DNA of 64,000 nucleotides from a virus. Taxonomy: Duplodnaviria; Caudoviricetes. Positions 1-9,655 of the stretch are shown piece after piece. Position 1 is the stretch's first letter. The number at the start of each line of letters is the position of its first letter. The stretch spans positions 1 to 64,000 of the IMG/VR virus record IMGVR_UViG_3300014031_000001. One strand, given 5' to 3'. Below the pieces are notes generated by a model. That model made no database searches. It was not told where the DNA came from and worked only from the letters and a program-made list of their open reading frames with translations. The position numbers were made by a program, and so were the translations under genes.

Positions 1-2
1 GT

Positions 3-110
3 CTTGCCCTCGCTGATGCGGTGATTAACAGAATCGAAGCTGATGGGGGGAACAGTTACCAGGTGCGTGAGCTTGTGAAAGCCTATCGCGCCGCGGAGGT
101 GAAGCCGTGA
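3..110 (+). CDS. 3' end of small hypothetical protein (LALA...AYRAA paralog family), truncated by window edge
   Basis: Frame 3 reads LALADAVINRIEADGGNSYQVRELVKAYRAAEVKP*, the same motifs as the next genes. Confidence 0.6.
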   Translation, partial: LALADAVINRIEADGGNSYQVRELVKAYRAAEVKP

Positions 111-244
111 ATGTCCACACGTGTCAGCGGTGCGGGTCATACTTACACACCGCCTTGAGTTGCCCGCGGGCCGAGGGCGGATGTAGCTCGAGGACAGGCG
201 ACGAGCCAGGCCATCGCCGCCTACCGCGCCGCAAAGGATACGCT

Positions 245-487
245 ATGACCAAGCCCACCAGCGACGAGCAGCTGAACGCATTCGACGACGAGGCGCGAGA
301 TTACTCTGTTGTTACTATGACGGACGATGAGTGGGGCGCCCTCCGCGAGCGCCTAGCCCTCGCTGAGGCGGTGATGGAGGCCGTGGGGGATAGCGTCAAT
401 GCTAATTCTCGCAAGGAGGCATTAGCGTGGCAGCGAACTATTGATGATGCCCTCGCCGCCTACCGAGCCGCGAAGGAGAAAGCGTGA
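245..487 (+). CDS. small hypothetical protein (RLALA...AAYRAA family)
   Basis: AAGGA upstream of ATG 245; stop overlaps the next start (GTGA). Confidence 0.65.
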   Translation: MTKPTSDEQLNAFDDEARDYSVVTMTDDEWGALRERLALAEAVMEAVGDSVNANSRKEALAWQRTIDDALAAYRAAKEKA

Positions 488-765
488 TTTTCGATACGAC
501 AAAAGCTCGAGCCGAAGCCGACTGGTTTCTTGAATACCCGGATGAACTGGATAAGCGGACTAAAAGTTTCGCCATGATGATGCGCGCTGCCTGCAACAGG
601 ATCGATAGCCTACAGGCACGTCTCGCCCTCGCCGATGTTGCTTTGACTCAAGCGGAAGACTGTCTTCGGGACCAGTGTTCCGACGAGCCTCAGTGCGATA
701 GGCATGATTACGACGTGGCGTTGAGTAGCATCGCCGCCTACCGCGCCGAGGAGGAGTCGACGTGA
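484..765 (+). CDS. small hypothetical protein (RLALA...AAYRA family)
   Basis: AAGGAG RBS, translational coupling, shared motifs. Confidence 0.65.
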   Translation: MIFDTTKARAEADWFLEYPDELDKRTKSFAMMMRAACNRIDSLQARLALADVALTQAEDCLRDQCSDEPQCDRHDYDVALSSIAAYRAEEEST

Positions 766-907
766 GCGGCTGGCCCCCAACAAACCTTGACGATGTGCTT
801 CTATGACGCCATTTGCTCGATATACGATCGTATACAATCGTATATGACAACGGCGGGGCTGCGAGAAACGTTGCCAGAAGAGACCACGTGAACGGAGAGT
901 AGCCCGC

Positions 908-1186
908 ATGTCCTCTGACCCCCTGCGCCGCACAACGTTACGCCGCCCCTCCAAAGACATCCTCGTCGACGCCCTTCGGATCGACGAGGACTCTTACGCT
1001 TTCGACCAGCACCAGCCCGACGCCGAGAAGAGCGCCCAGGAGCTTTTCGCGCGCAGCCTCGGCCTGTGCCAAGAGCTGCGGCTCGAGCTGCGGCGCGTTC
1101 TGAAAATCACCCACGAAGCCCCGCACATGCCCTGGTGCACCATGGCAAAGGCGGCGGCCTGCAACTGCTGGAAGTCCAAGCTGTAA
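908..1186 (+). CDS. hypothetical protein
   Basis: GGAG RBS; C-terminal H-x3-C...C-x-C. Confidence 0.55.
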   Translation: MSSDPLRRTTLRRPSKDILVDALRIDEDSYAFDQHQPDAEKSAQELFARSLGLCQELRLELRRVLKITHEAPHMPWCTMAKAAACNCWKSKL

Positions 1187-1202
1187 CTAAAAAGGGGACC
1201 TT

Positions 1203-1925
1203 GTGCCTATCCACTCCGACGAGAAGAGCACGACCATCACCATCGTGCTGGGCTACGGCGACATCGCTATCGGTAACATCGATGATCCGAAAACCGGGCA
1301 TAAGGGCGTAGGGTTCGAACTGCTCGAGCGTGCCTACGCCTACGACGAGAAGGTGCCGCCTGAGGCAGTCAATAAGGACTGGGCGCCGCGCGTCTTCCTG
1401 TCGGTGCGCGACGAGCGCGGGCTCGCTCAGCTACGGCGCGCGGTAAACATCGTTGCCCGAAGCCTAGGTGTTGACGACAGCACCGTCGGCGCGGCGATCA
1501 TGGACCACTACCTAGAGATCGCCGGCGCCGAACGCCAGAAGGTAGAGAAGCTCCGCTGGATGCTTGGCAACCTCTTCGAGGAGCTGCGCCACGGCGAGCC
1601 CGAGCACGAGGCCCGTCTCAAAGAAAAGATCGACAGCTACCTCGAGGGCTTCAAGGAAGAGGCGGCGGTTGCCGGTCCCGCCGAGCTGCGCGACTACCAG
1701 GTCTTCGCCGCCCTGATCCACCAGTCCATCATGCCGCACGAGACCGGCGAAGGCGTGGCGCGCACGCTTTTGGAAAAGGGCAGCCTCGCCTACCTCGAGA
1801 GCTACCTACGCCCCGACGAACTGGAATTCATCCTCCCCCACATCAAAAGGATCCGCCTTGAGCACCGTGACAAAGAGCGCCAAGCGCGCGCTCCGAAACA
1901 AAGTGAGGAGCCACTTCCGCCATAA
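1203..1925 (+). CDS. hypothetical protein
   Basis: 240-aa ORF with GC-rich third positions. Confidence 0.6.
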   Translation: MPIHSDEKSTTITIVLGYGDIAIGNIDDPKTGHKGVGFELLERAYAYDEKVPPEAVNKDWAPRVFLSVRDERGLAQLRRAVNIVARSLGVDDSTVGAAIMDHYLEIAGAERQKVEKLRWMLGNLFEELRHGEPEHEARLKEKIDSYLEGFKEEAAVAGPAELRDYQVFAALIHQSIMPHETGEGVARTLLEKGSLAYLESYLRPDELEFILPHIKRIRLEHRDKERQARAPKQSEEPLPP

Positions 1926-2640
1926 CGCGGTCTGGCTCACCAACAAGCTCGCCGCCCAAAAACAGACTTGGATTGCCGAAGGCAGCTTCGAGGCGGTGGT
2001 CCAAATGGAGCAGGCGGTGAAGGACATGGCCGCCACATTGCGACGCATGCTGACCGCCGGCTACCGGCGAGCCTTCACCCTGCACCGATTGATCGACGAC
2101 ACGATGGCGGATGACAAGGCCCGAGACCCTGCCACCTACGAGCGGGTGCAGTGTAAAAAAGGCTGTGACTTCTGCTGCTACGTACACGTCGGCGTCTCCG
2201 ACGACGAGGCCGACCTCTTGGCGCGCGTGATCGCCGACGGTGAAGTCGAGGTCGACATGGCCAAGCTGGAAGAGCAGGCGAAGTGGCCATCGGACAAGTG
2301 GGCTAAAGAGGACCCGAGAAAGCGCGGCTGCGTGTTTTTGGACTCCGAAACACGCAGCTGCAAGGTCTACGCCTACCGCCCGGCGGCCTGCCGCACCTAC
2401 CTCGTCGTGACGGACCCAGAGCTCTGCCGGATCGAGATAGGCGGCCCACCAAAAAACGTGTCAAGCGTTTGCTCGCCGTCCGTCGAGATACTCGCGTCGG
2501 CCGCCTGCAACATCGTCGTGAAAGACGAGACGCATCAGTCTCTGCCGGCCAAGACCCTAAAGCGCCTGAAGAGCCTCGGGAAGAGGGTCGACCCCAGGGG
2601 CAAGTTGATAGATAGTGAGGTACACGCACTCACAATCTAG
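1858..2640 (+). CDS. YkgJ-like (CxxCxxCC) cysteine-cluster protein
   Basis: CKKGCDFCC...CVFLD...CKVYAYRPAACR signature. Confidence 0.8.
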   Translation: MSTVTKSAKRALRNKVRSHFRHNAVWLTNKLAAQKQTWIAEGSFEAVVQMEQAVKDMAATLRRMLTAGYRRAFTLHRLIDDTMADDKARDPATYERVQCKKGCDFCCYVHVGVSDDEADLLARVIADGEVEVDMAKLEEQAKWPSDKWAKEDPRKRGCVFLDSETRSCKVYAYRPAACRTYLVVTDPELCRIEIGGPPKNVSSVCSPSVEILASAACNIVVKDETHQSLPAKTLKRLKSLGKRVDPRGKLIDSEVHALTI

Positions 2641-2648
2641 AGGTCAAC

Positions 2649-3044
2649 ATGCTCGAGAACTGGCGCCTACGTCCCGTCTATGACCACTGGTATCCGAAGA
2701 TGACGGGCATCTACGCCATCACGCTCTACCCCTACGTGCTGTTCGCCAACCCAGTAGCCCAGTGCCCAGACCTCGTACACAAGCATGAATTTCAACACGT
2801 TCTGCAGATTAGAAAAGAGGGCTACTGGTTTTACGCCAGATACCTGTGGCAGGTGACGGCCGGTCTGTGGAAGAAACGGCGCATGCTTCTTCGCAAAGGC
2901 ATGACAGTGCCCACCTTCTGGAGCGTCTACTGGGACGTCACCTATGAGGTGGAGGCGCGTAGCCACGAGACCGAGCCGCTCACCGAGGCCGAACGACTGG
3001 AGTATGCATTGCCCGCTAACCGCATGATCGCCGAAGCAAGATGA
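2649..3044 (+). CDS. putative zincin-like metallopeptidase (DUF4157-like)
   Basis: HEFQHVLQ (HExxH) and downstream YEVEAR. Confidence 0.6.
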   Translation: MLENWRLRPVYDHWYPKMTGIYAITLYPYVLFANPVAQCPDLVHKHEFQHVLQIRKEGYWFYARYLWQVTAGLWKKRRMLLRKGMTVPTFWSVYWDVTYEVEARSHETEPLTEAERLEYALPANRMIAEAR

Positions 3045-3089
3045 ACCACTACGTGCGCGAACGCGACGCGCTCAAAAAGGAAGAACACA

Positions 3090-4571
3090 GTGAAGCAAGA
3101 GATCGACTTTAAAAAGCCTTTGCGCCACGTCAACCCGAAGACCAAGCAGGTGACTTTGATCGGCCTGCAGACGTCGCGCGACGGTAAGCCGATCACCGAC
3201 GGCTTCGACCGCCTGGTGCTCGTCGGCCGGGCCAACGAGCCTTACTTCGTTAACAGGTTCGGCGAGGCCATGGTAAAGGGCGCGCTCACGCCCGTCTTTC
3301 TACCCGACGAGCCGGTGGTGGAGGCGCCATCGCCACCGCTGGCCGGTGCGGCCGTCAACCTCGACCCGGTTGTAAGGGCTCTCTCAAAGATCGGTGACGA
3401 CCTGGCCGAGACCTTCTCGGCCGTCAACGACTTCGGCGGCGACATGGCGAAGATCGACGACCGCCTTTCAACGCTTGTAAAGCACCTCACGACCGTCGTG
3501 AACCCCAAGCTCGACGACGTCACGTCGTTTGGCAAGTCGGCGGAGGTACACCTAGGAGGCATCCGGCGCGCGGTCGACGACATCTCCACCGCCGCGAGCA
3601 CCTCCTTTAAGGAGATCCGCGACGATCTTGTAACGATCAAGCTTGAGCAAAAGCGCTATGGCCAGGAAGCCACCAGCCGGCTGACGGCGGTGGCGACGAG
3701 CATGGAGCGCATACCCGCGCAGCTCAATCTGACCTGCTCGCAGCTGTCCCAATCTTTCGACGGGGCGCAGCTGGGAATCCTGCGGGGTATAGCGGCCTCG
3801 CTGGCCGAGGACGCTGACCAGCGCAAGGTCTGGATGCACGCGGTCGGTCAGCTCTTTGGTGAGCACCTACGTAAAGCCGTCGAGCTAAGGTCGGCCGCCG
3901 CCCCCGCAGGCCCGGCCCTCTCAGACATTGACCGCCGCGTGCGCGCGCTCGAGACCGACACGCGGGCGCGCTTGGAGAGCGTGCAGGTGACGCTCGACAG
4001 CATCAAGACGGGTCTCGACCTTCTGCTCGAGCCGGAAGACTGGGCGGCCACTAAGGAGTCAGGAAAAAAGCCGGAGGGGGTGTCGGCGAGCAGGCCCGCC
4101 ACCTCCACAACTGACGAGTCTCCTGACTTTGTAGCCCTCCCCCCTACGGCGCACGTCAAGCCGCTAGCCGTCGTGAAAAACTTTCAGGACCTGGCCAAAG
4201 TGCGCGCCTTGCCCGAGGCCTTGGCGCGCGACACGGTCGTACCGGTCGAGAGCAAGATCACTTTCACCACGACGCAGGGTCGCCCCTTGGACCTAGGCGA
4301 CGAGCTGCATCAGTCCATCACTGAGCTCGCCTCTTGCCGCGGCGTCAAGAAGATTCAGTTCGGTACGTCGGCGCGCATGCACCCCGATCCGCGGCGGCTG
4401 GGGCTCATCCGCTACCGCAAGGAAGTGGACGGCGCCGGCGACACAGCCTTCTGCGCGCGCGGCTACGGGAGAGACGGGGTCATTGACCTCTTCATCTACT
4501 GCCAAGACCCCATAGCCAAAGCGGCCGTCCTATCCACCCTGCAGACGGAGGACCGCGCCAATGGGGCTTGA
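3090..4571 (+). CDS. long coiled-coil hypothetical protein
   Basis: 493-aa ORF, heptad-like central region, GGAAGAACACA leader. Confidence 0.7.
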   Translation: MKQEIDFKKPLRHVNPKTKQVTLIGLQTSRDGKPITDGFDRLVLVGRANEPYFVNRFGEAMVKGALTPVFLPDEPVVEAPSPPLAGAAVNLDPVVRALSKIGDDLAETFSAVNDFGGDMAKIDDRLSTLVKHLTTVVNPKLDDVTSFGKSAEVHLGGIRRAVDDISTAASTSFKEIRDDLVTIKLEQKRYGQEATSRLTAVATSMERIPAQLNLTCSQLSQSFDGAQLGILRGIAASLAEDADQRKVWMHAVGQLFGEHLRKAVELRSAAAPAGPALSDIDRRVRALETDTRARLESVQVTLDSIKTGLDLLLEPEDWAATKESGKKPEGVSASRPATSTTDESPDFVALPPTAHVKPLAVVKNFQDLAKVRALPEALARDTVVPVESKITFTTTQGRPLDLGDELHQSITELASCRGVKKIQFGTSARMHPDPRRLGLIRYRKEVDGAGDTAFCARGYGRDGVIDLFIYCQDPIAKAAVLSTLQTEDRANGA

Positions 4572-4923
4572 CCTGACCTTGATCCCGCTGGAGCCTGGCG
4601 ACTTCGCCTTTTCGCACACGCTGCTGCCCATGCCGCGCGCCGGCTTTCTTTTCAAAGAAATCATGGCACTCGAGAAAGTGCGGGGCTTCCCTGTGCCGAG
4701 GCCGTTTCATACCTACATAGCCCGCAACAAGAACGGTGACACGACGTACGGTGACACGCAGGTGACTCCCTACGGGGAGCCGCTGTGCTGCCTGCGCATC
4801 GAAGACTTGTTGGGGCTTCCGGCATGGACGGAGGCTTTCAGGGGCGATCGCTGCGTCACCGCCACCTTCTCGTACCTCATCGTCCTAGACCCTAACCGCC
4901 CCGTGGCTTTGTACTGGAGGTGA
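4561..4923 (+). CDS. hypothetical protein
   Basis: GGAGG RBS, overlaps both neighbours. Confidence 0.6.
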   Translation: MGLDLTLIPLEPGDFAFSHTLLPMPRAGFLFKEIMALEKVRGFPVPRPFHTYIARNKNGDTTYGDTQVTPYGEPLCCLRIEDLLGLPAWTEAFRGDRCVTATFSYLIVLDPNRPVALYWR

Positions 4924-5273
4924 CGCCCGTGACCACGAAGCTGCCTGAGGAGACCCACATTGCTCATCCACATACCCCCTCGCCGTCGGCGCCCGCCGAA
5001 AAGCCCGAGCTTGGCGGAGCGCACGAGCTTCGAGAAGGTGAGCCTTCTGCTGAAGCGGGCCGCCAAGCTTCGTCGTTGGCAGGTCACACGGAAGTCGAGT
5101 TTGAAGAAGAAGAGCGCCAGCTCGTCCTCTTAGCCCTGGCGGAGCTTGCCCTGACAAGGCCGGGGTTCGACTACGCGCTCAACCTGATCGCCCGAAAGCT
5201 CGGCGGTGTCGCCATGTATGAGTCCTTCAAGCAGACGTCGAGCTACATCATGTTCCCGCGGAGTAGACCATGA
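4920..5273 (+). CDS. hypothetical protein
   Basis: GGAGG RBS, coupled to the previous stop. Confidence 0.5.
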   Translation: MTPVTTKLPEETHIAHPHTPSPSAPAEKPELGGAHELREGEPSAEAGRQASSLAGHTEVEFEEEERQLVLLALAELALTRPGFDYALNLIARKLGGVAMYESFKQTSSYIMFPRSRP

Positions 5274-5340
5274 TTTCTAAGGTGAAGGCCTTTGTAAAGC
5301 CATACTGCGAGTACCTTGCGGCCTTCGAAAAGGAGCGGAC

Positions 5341-5574
5341 ATGAGCGGACACACCTGCCACGCCGACGACTGCACGCTGCTTGTGCGCCCCGAGGTCTTC
5401 ATGTGCCGACGACACTGGTTCATGGTGCCCAAGGTCCTGCGCGACGCCGTCTGGCGCGAGTACCGCCCCGGCCAGGAGGTTACGAAGACGCCGACCAACG
5501 GCTACCTGGTGGTGGCGAGGGCGGCGATCGCGGCCGTCGCCAAAAAGGGAGGAAAGGGGCCCAATGACGGCTGA
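5341..5574 (+). CDS. small Cys/His metal-binding protein
   Basis: AAGGAG RBS; C-x4-C...C-x2-HW, similar to 35583..35819. Confidence 0.65.
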   Translation: MSGHTCHADDCTLLVRPEVFMCRRHWFMVPKVLRDAVWREYRPGQEVTKTPTNGYLVVARAAIAAVAKKGGKGPNDG

Positions 5575-5764
5575 CAAGCCCGCGCCGCGATCGCGCACCA
5601 GTGGTCGCGGCGGCCACGGCGGTAGCCAAGGCACGCGCAACGCGCGAGGGCACCATCTGGGCTCTAGGCCACGACGGACGTCCCATGAAAAGGCGGTTTG
5701 GCGAGGCCGACATGTACGCGCTGGAGCAGGCGATTGCCGCGCATGCGCTCGTCGCTAACGGAGG

Positions 5765-5965
5765 TTGCCCATGACTACAAACTGTGAGCACAAGTGGGTG
5801 AGTCAGGCGACGCGGCTTTGGAGCTGCAAGGACCGCTACGTCACGACATTCCACCGCCTCGACGAGTACTTCTGCGAGCGCTGCCTCGAGCACAAAGAGC
5901 GCAAGCAGCAGGTGACCGTCGGTGAGTTCGAATCGCCACCCGGTTGGGCGCGGGAGCCGGTATGA
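5765..5965 (+). CDS. small zinc-finger-like protein
   Basis: GGAGG RBS; CEHKW...CERC. Confidence 0.55.
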   Translation: MPMTTNCEHKWVSQATRLWSCKDRYVTTFHRLDEYFCERCLEHKERKQQVTVGEFESPPGWAREPV

Positions 5966-6141
5966 ACGAAGAACCTACTGACGAGGAAACGTTCGCGCCT
6001 GCAGCTTGCGGGCCAGCTGCAGCTCGACCGCACCGCGAAGCTTGCGGAAGCAGCACTTGCGGAGTACGCCGCTTTGAAGAAGTGAGCTTCGCTGGTATCT
6101 AGATCCCTGTACAATGCCAAAAATCAAACGAGGTCTATGTC

Positions 6142-6498
6142 ATGGTAAGTCTCGACGTCCGCAGCATCGCCGCCATCTGTCACGAAACCAACCGCGCCTA
6201 CTGCGCCACGATCGGCGACCTGAGCCAGCAGCGCTGGCAGGACGCCCCCGAGTGGCAGCAAATCTCGGCGGTCAAAGGCGTCGAGTTCGTTATCGCCAAC
6301 CCCGGCTCCCCGCCGAGCGCCAGCCACGACAGCTGGCTTGACGAGAAGCGCCGGACGGGCTGGCGCTTTGGCGAAGTGAAAAACCCCGAGACGAAAGAGC
6401 ACCCCTGCTTTGTCCCCTACGATGAGCTGCCGGCCAACCAGAGGCGTAAGGACCGGCTTTTCGGAGCAGTGGTGCGCGCCATGATCTTGCCGGAATGA
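6142..6498 (+). CDS. RyR (ryanodine receptor repeat) domain protein
   Basis: SHDSW...GWRFG...KEHPCFVPYDELP..QRRKD signature. Confidence 0.85.
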   Translation: MVSLDVRSIAAICHETNRAYCATIGDLSQQRWQDAPEWQQISAVKGVEFVIANPGSPPSASHDSWLDEKRRTGWRFGEVKNPETKEHPCFVPYDELPANQRRKDRLFGAVVRAMILPE

Positions 6499-6683
6499 CG
6501 CCCGAAGGTCTGCGCACCACCGAAGCAGCCGCAGACGACGCCCGCCTGGTAGTGCTGGCCCGCGGCGTGCTGCCGCTGCTCGTCGAGCTGTGGGATGTCA
6601 TCGACACGCACTTTTGGGCCAGGGAGCGCAAAGACATCCACGCGGCGCTGGAGCGTCTGGCGCAGTTTAAGGAAGAACCGTGA
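6495..6683 (+). CDS. hypothetical protein
   Basis: ATGA coupling to the RyR gene. Confidence 0.5.
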   Translation: MTPEGLRTTEAAADDARLVVLARGVLPLLVELWDVIDTHFWARERKDIHAALERLAQFKEEP

Positions 6684-6836
6684 CTTGGGCCCAAGACTGA
6701 AGAGTCGCGCCTTCGTTGCTTGCCCCGCCCACCTAAGAGTAGAATAGAAACGCCATAATAGCTTTTCTACCTCAAGGTGGGCTGGTGCGGGCCGATGCCT
6801 CACTGCGCTCTACTTTTTAACTGCGAGGGGGTGTCC

Positions 6837-7151
6837 GTGTCCAACTCAGTCTCTTTTGAGGACCTTAAAGCCGAAGTCGCCGAAATGCGCGCGGCACTGC
6901 TCGCGGTCACCGCTGAGCTAAACAGCGACACCGGCGTCTCCCGCCAAGACTACGGCGCGGCACTTCAGCACTACGCCGTGCGTAACACGACGACTGCGGG
7001 CGGCAAGGTCGGTTACGGGGTTAGCGTGACTGACACGGCCGGCGTCCGCTACGTGCTCTTTCCGGGGCACAAGTCGACCGCCGTTAGCGGGATCAGCGCG
7101 GCCATGCAGAAGATGATCGGCCGCGGCCTGATTGCTGTAGAGCTGCTGTAA
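6837..7151 (+). CDS. hypothetical protein, possible virion decoration/fibre
   Basis: GAGGGGG RBS; MRAALLAVTAELNSDTGVSRQDYGAA segment resembles the C-terminus of the next gene. Confidence 0.55.
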   Translation: MSNSVSFEDLKAEVAEMRAALLAVTAELNSDTGVSRQDYGAALQHYAVRNTTTAGGKVGYGVSVTDTAGVRYVLFPGHKSTAVSGISAAMQKMIGRGLIAVELL

Positions 7152-7206
7152 CCCTCCCGCGCGCCAACCACTGCCCTCGGCGCCTAAAAACTAGAAAGGT
7201 GACAGC

Positions 7207-7707
7207 ATGACGACCTCTCCCAGTGCCGTAATCGACAGTCTTTTCCATACTGGTGCCGACAAAAGTCCGCTGCCGGAGGCAACTGAGTACGCCCTCAAAC
7301 TCGTTATGCCAGCGCTGGAGAGGCTCGCCGAGAAGAAGGCCGACAAGGCCGACCTGGCCGACCTGGCCGGTCACCTCCAGAAAAGCGACGTCAGGCCGGC
7401 GGTCAAGGCTCTTGAGGCAGCCCTCCCTCTTCTCGCCGAGAAGAAAGCCGACAAGGCGGCTTTGGCCGAGCTTGCCAGCCATCTTCGGAGAAATGACGTC
7501 CGTCCCGAGATCAACGCTCTGAAGGCCGCCCTTCCTCTGCTCGTCACCAAGGCGGACCTTCAGACGATCACATTGGCCATCGCTGAGATCGACGCGAAGT
7601 GGGGGAAAATGCGCGCTGCTGTGGTGGCGATTGCCACGGCGATCGACGCGAGCACGGCGGCCGGCGGCTACGTTGCGGCCGTCACGACTGAACTGCAAGG
7701 GTTCTAA
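7207..7707 (+). CDS. helical repeat protein, possible fibre
   Basis: Two 36-aa repeats LAEKKADKA.LA.LA.HL...DVRP...AL.AALPL (DNA copies start at 7324 and 7432). Confidence 0.7.
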   Translation: MTTSPSAVIDSLFHTGADKSPLPEATEYALKLVMPALERLAEKKADKADLADLAGHLQKSDVRPAVKALEAALPLLAEKKADKAALAELASHLRRNDVRPEINALKAALPLLVTKADLQTITLAIAEIDAKWGKMRAAVVAIATAIDASTAAGGYVAAVTTELQGF

Positions 7708-7758
7708 AAGGATTTGCCATAGTGGCGCATCCTCTTTTTTCTTTAAGGAGTATCTAGA

Positions 7759-8394
7759 ATGACTCTTCTCGCATCAGGTAAGTCCATCGTCTGTGAAGGC
7801 GTCGGCAGCAGCAACCAACTGGTCCCCGTCATCTGCTTTGGTGGCCTCCCCGCTGATGCGCAGGCCTACGAGGTCTCTTTGTCAGGTCAGCTGTCCGGCC
7901 TGATTTCGGTGGGCGGCGTCCAGAGCCAAGTCTCGGGTACCGGGCGCATTGCCTTCACCTACCAGAAGCCTATGAACGGCACTTGGACGGTTGCTACCCG
8001 TATTGACGGCCTGGTCAACGCCACTGCCTTCAACGGCGCCGTTGACGGTCAAGGCATGCGGTTCTACCCAGCCCCCGACTGCCAAGGCGAGCTGTCGGCG
8101 CGCACGCTTGGCCGCTCGGCGGCGACGGCGTCTGACCTCACGGCGACGACCGGAGTCTTCAAGTCGTTTTTGACGGCTGGGATCATGAACATTGTCGGCC
8201 GCACCCTGTCGGTCAAGCTGGCCGACTTCGTTGGTCAAGCTGTTGGCGTGTTTTCCGGCACTGACAAGGCCGTCACCGTCATTGACGCCGACAGTTGCGA
8301 CTTGATCGCCAACTGCTCGGCGAGCAGCATTGGCCTCGACCTTTGCGGATCGAGCTTCGCCGCCAGCTGCACCATGACCGGCAACTGCCCCTAA
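7759..8394 (+). CDS. hypothetical beta-rich protein
   Basis: TAAGGAG RBS, 211-aa G/S/T/A-rich ORF. Confidence 0.7.
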   Translation: MTLLASGKSIVCEGVGSSNQLVPVICFGGLPADAQAYEVSLSGQLSGLISVGGVQSQVSGTGRIAFTYQKPMNGTWTVATRIDGLVNATAFNGAVDGQGMRFYPAPDCQGELSARTLGRSAATASDLTATTGVFKSFLTAGIMNIVGRTLSVKLADFVGQAVGVFSGTDKAVTVIDADSCDLIANCSASSIGLDLCGSSFAASCTMTGNCP

Positions 8395-8457
8395 TGCCTC
8401 CGCGGCCGCCGGGGCTTTATGCCTCGGCGGCCGTTTTTCTTTTCTGCGAGTTCCACC

Positions 8458-8721
8458 TTGATCAAAGACCTCGCCCAGACCATCGCGCGCAGTGTCGAAA
8501 ACCCGCGCGCCACCGTGTCCGCGGACAGCCGCCAGGAGCGCCTGGCGCTTTGCCTGGCCTGCCCCAAGATCCTGCCACCGCCGGCGCCTTGGGTTAACCT
8601 CCACCGCTGCTCGGTGTGCAACTGCCTGATGGAGGCGAAGACCTGGCTGAGCGGGGCGCGCTGTCCGCTGCCCGAGCCAGTCTGGGACGTCGCGCCTGCC
8701 TCCGCTCCGGTGGCGCCATGA
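8458..8721 (+). CDS. DUF6171-like cysteine-rich protein
   Basis: RLALCLACP...RCSVCNCLMEAKTWL...CP...W. Confidence 0.65.
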   Translation: MIKDLAQTIARSVENPRATVSADSRQERLALCLACPKILPPPAPWVNLHRCSVCNCLMEAKTWLSGARCPLPEPVWDVAPASAPVAP

Positions 8722-9383
8722 TCGGCGTCGTCGAAGAAGTTGTTGGCGCCTACCGCCGCCGCACCTACCTGCGACCCAACGGCGCGGTCGCCCAGGTCTA
8801 CGAGCACCTGCCGCTCGTGATGCGCTTTTCGTCGCCGCTCGTGAGCCCCGAGAACTTCCACTTCATGGGCCTGTGGTCCTGGGGTCCGCGCTTTGGCACC
8901 CCGGAGCAGTCCGAGGTCCTCCTGGCGCGCGTCGTGGCCGGGCAAAAGCCTCTGGCGTCGATCACGCTGGGGATGGGCATGTCGATGGACGAGGCGCGTA
9001 CCGCGGCAAGCGAGCTAAGTCAGCGCGGCGCGGCACTGAGCCTGTCGACACATTACGTCGCCTACAACTGTCAAAACCTGCCCGAGACGCTGTTGGCCTG
9101 CCCGGGTCGCCTTGGCGAGATCTTCGACCTGGAGGCTCTCGCCGCCGACTACCAAGACGCCCTCGACGGTCCTCAGCCCAAGGTCGCCGCCGAGATCGCG
9201 CGCGGCCTAAAGGGCCTCTCCGAGCGCACCATCGCGAGCTTCTTTGCCGAGTGGCTGGCGGCGGGACCGCGGCACCCCAAGATGCCCTACTGGCTGACGG
9301 GGCTTCTCCTTGGCTATCCGCCCGACGACACGATCAGCCACTACCTTGGGCGGGCGCAGCCCTTCAAGGTCTTCAGCGTATAG
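8718..9383 (+). CDS. hypothetical protein
   Basis: ATGA coupling; C-terminal TGLLLGYP. Confidence 0.6.
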   Translation: MIGVVEEVVGAYRRRTYLRPNGAVAQVYEHLPLVMRFSSPLVSPENFHFMGLWSWGPRFGTPEQSEVLLARVVAGQKPLASITLGMGMSMDEARTAASELSQRGAALSLSTHYVAYNCQNLPETLLACPGRLGEIFDLEALAADYQDALDGPQPKVAAEIARGLKGLSERTIASFFAEWLAAGPRHPKMPYWLTGLLLGYPPDDTISHYLGRAQPFKVFSV

Positions 9384-9655
9384 CCAGCACTGCCCCGGTA
9401 ATAGGGGCAGGTTTCGCGCGCTTATCGTTTTGTAGGGCCGGCCCTTCCATAAGACGGGTACGCTCGAGCGTCTTGTCTTGTCTCGCTGGCTTCATGCCGT
9501 GAGGACAGAGCCCTGATCGAGCTCGACTTCGGCGAAAGAAGATCGGGTACAAGAGCTTTGCCAAAGACGACAGTCTGTGCTGAGCCCCGCAGCCTACCTC
9601 AAAAACCCTGTCGACACGGGATAGAGGATCCACAGAAGTTTGAAAAAGGAGTGCG

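Noticed and set aside
107-244. N-terminal extension of ORF 107..487
   Set aside because: The better RBS is at ATG 245; 107-248 looks like a frameshifted remnant of another cassette gene
9384-9655. Possible structured ncRNA in a 270-bp intergenic gap
   Set aside because: Only short imperfect stems and no recognisable family; a terminator-like hairpin plus the GGTACAAG motif explain the gap
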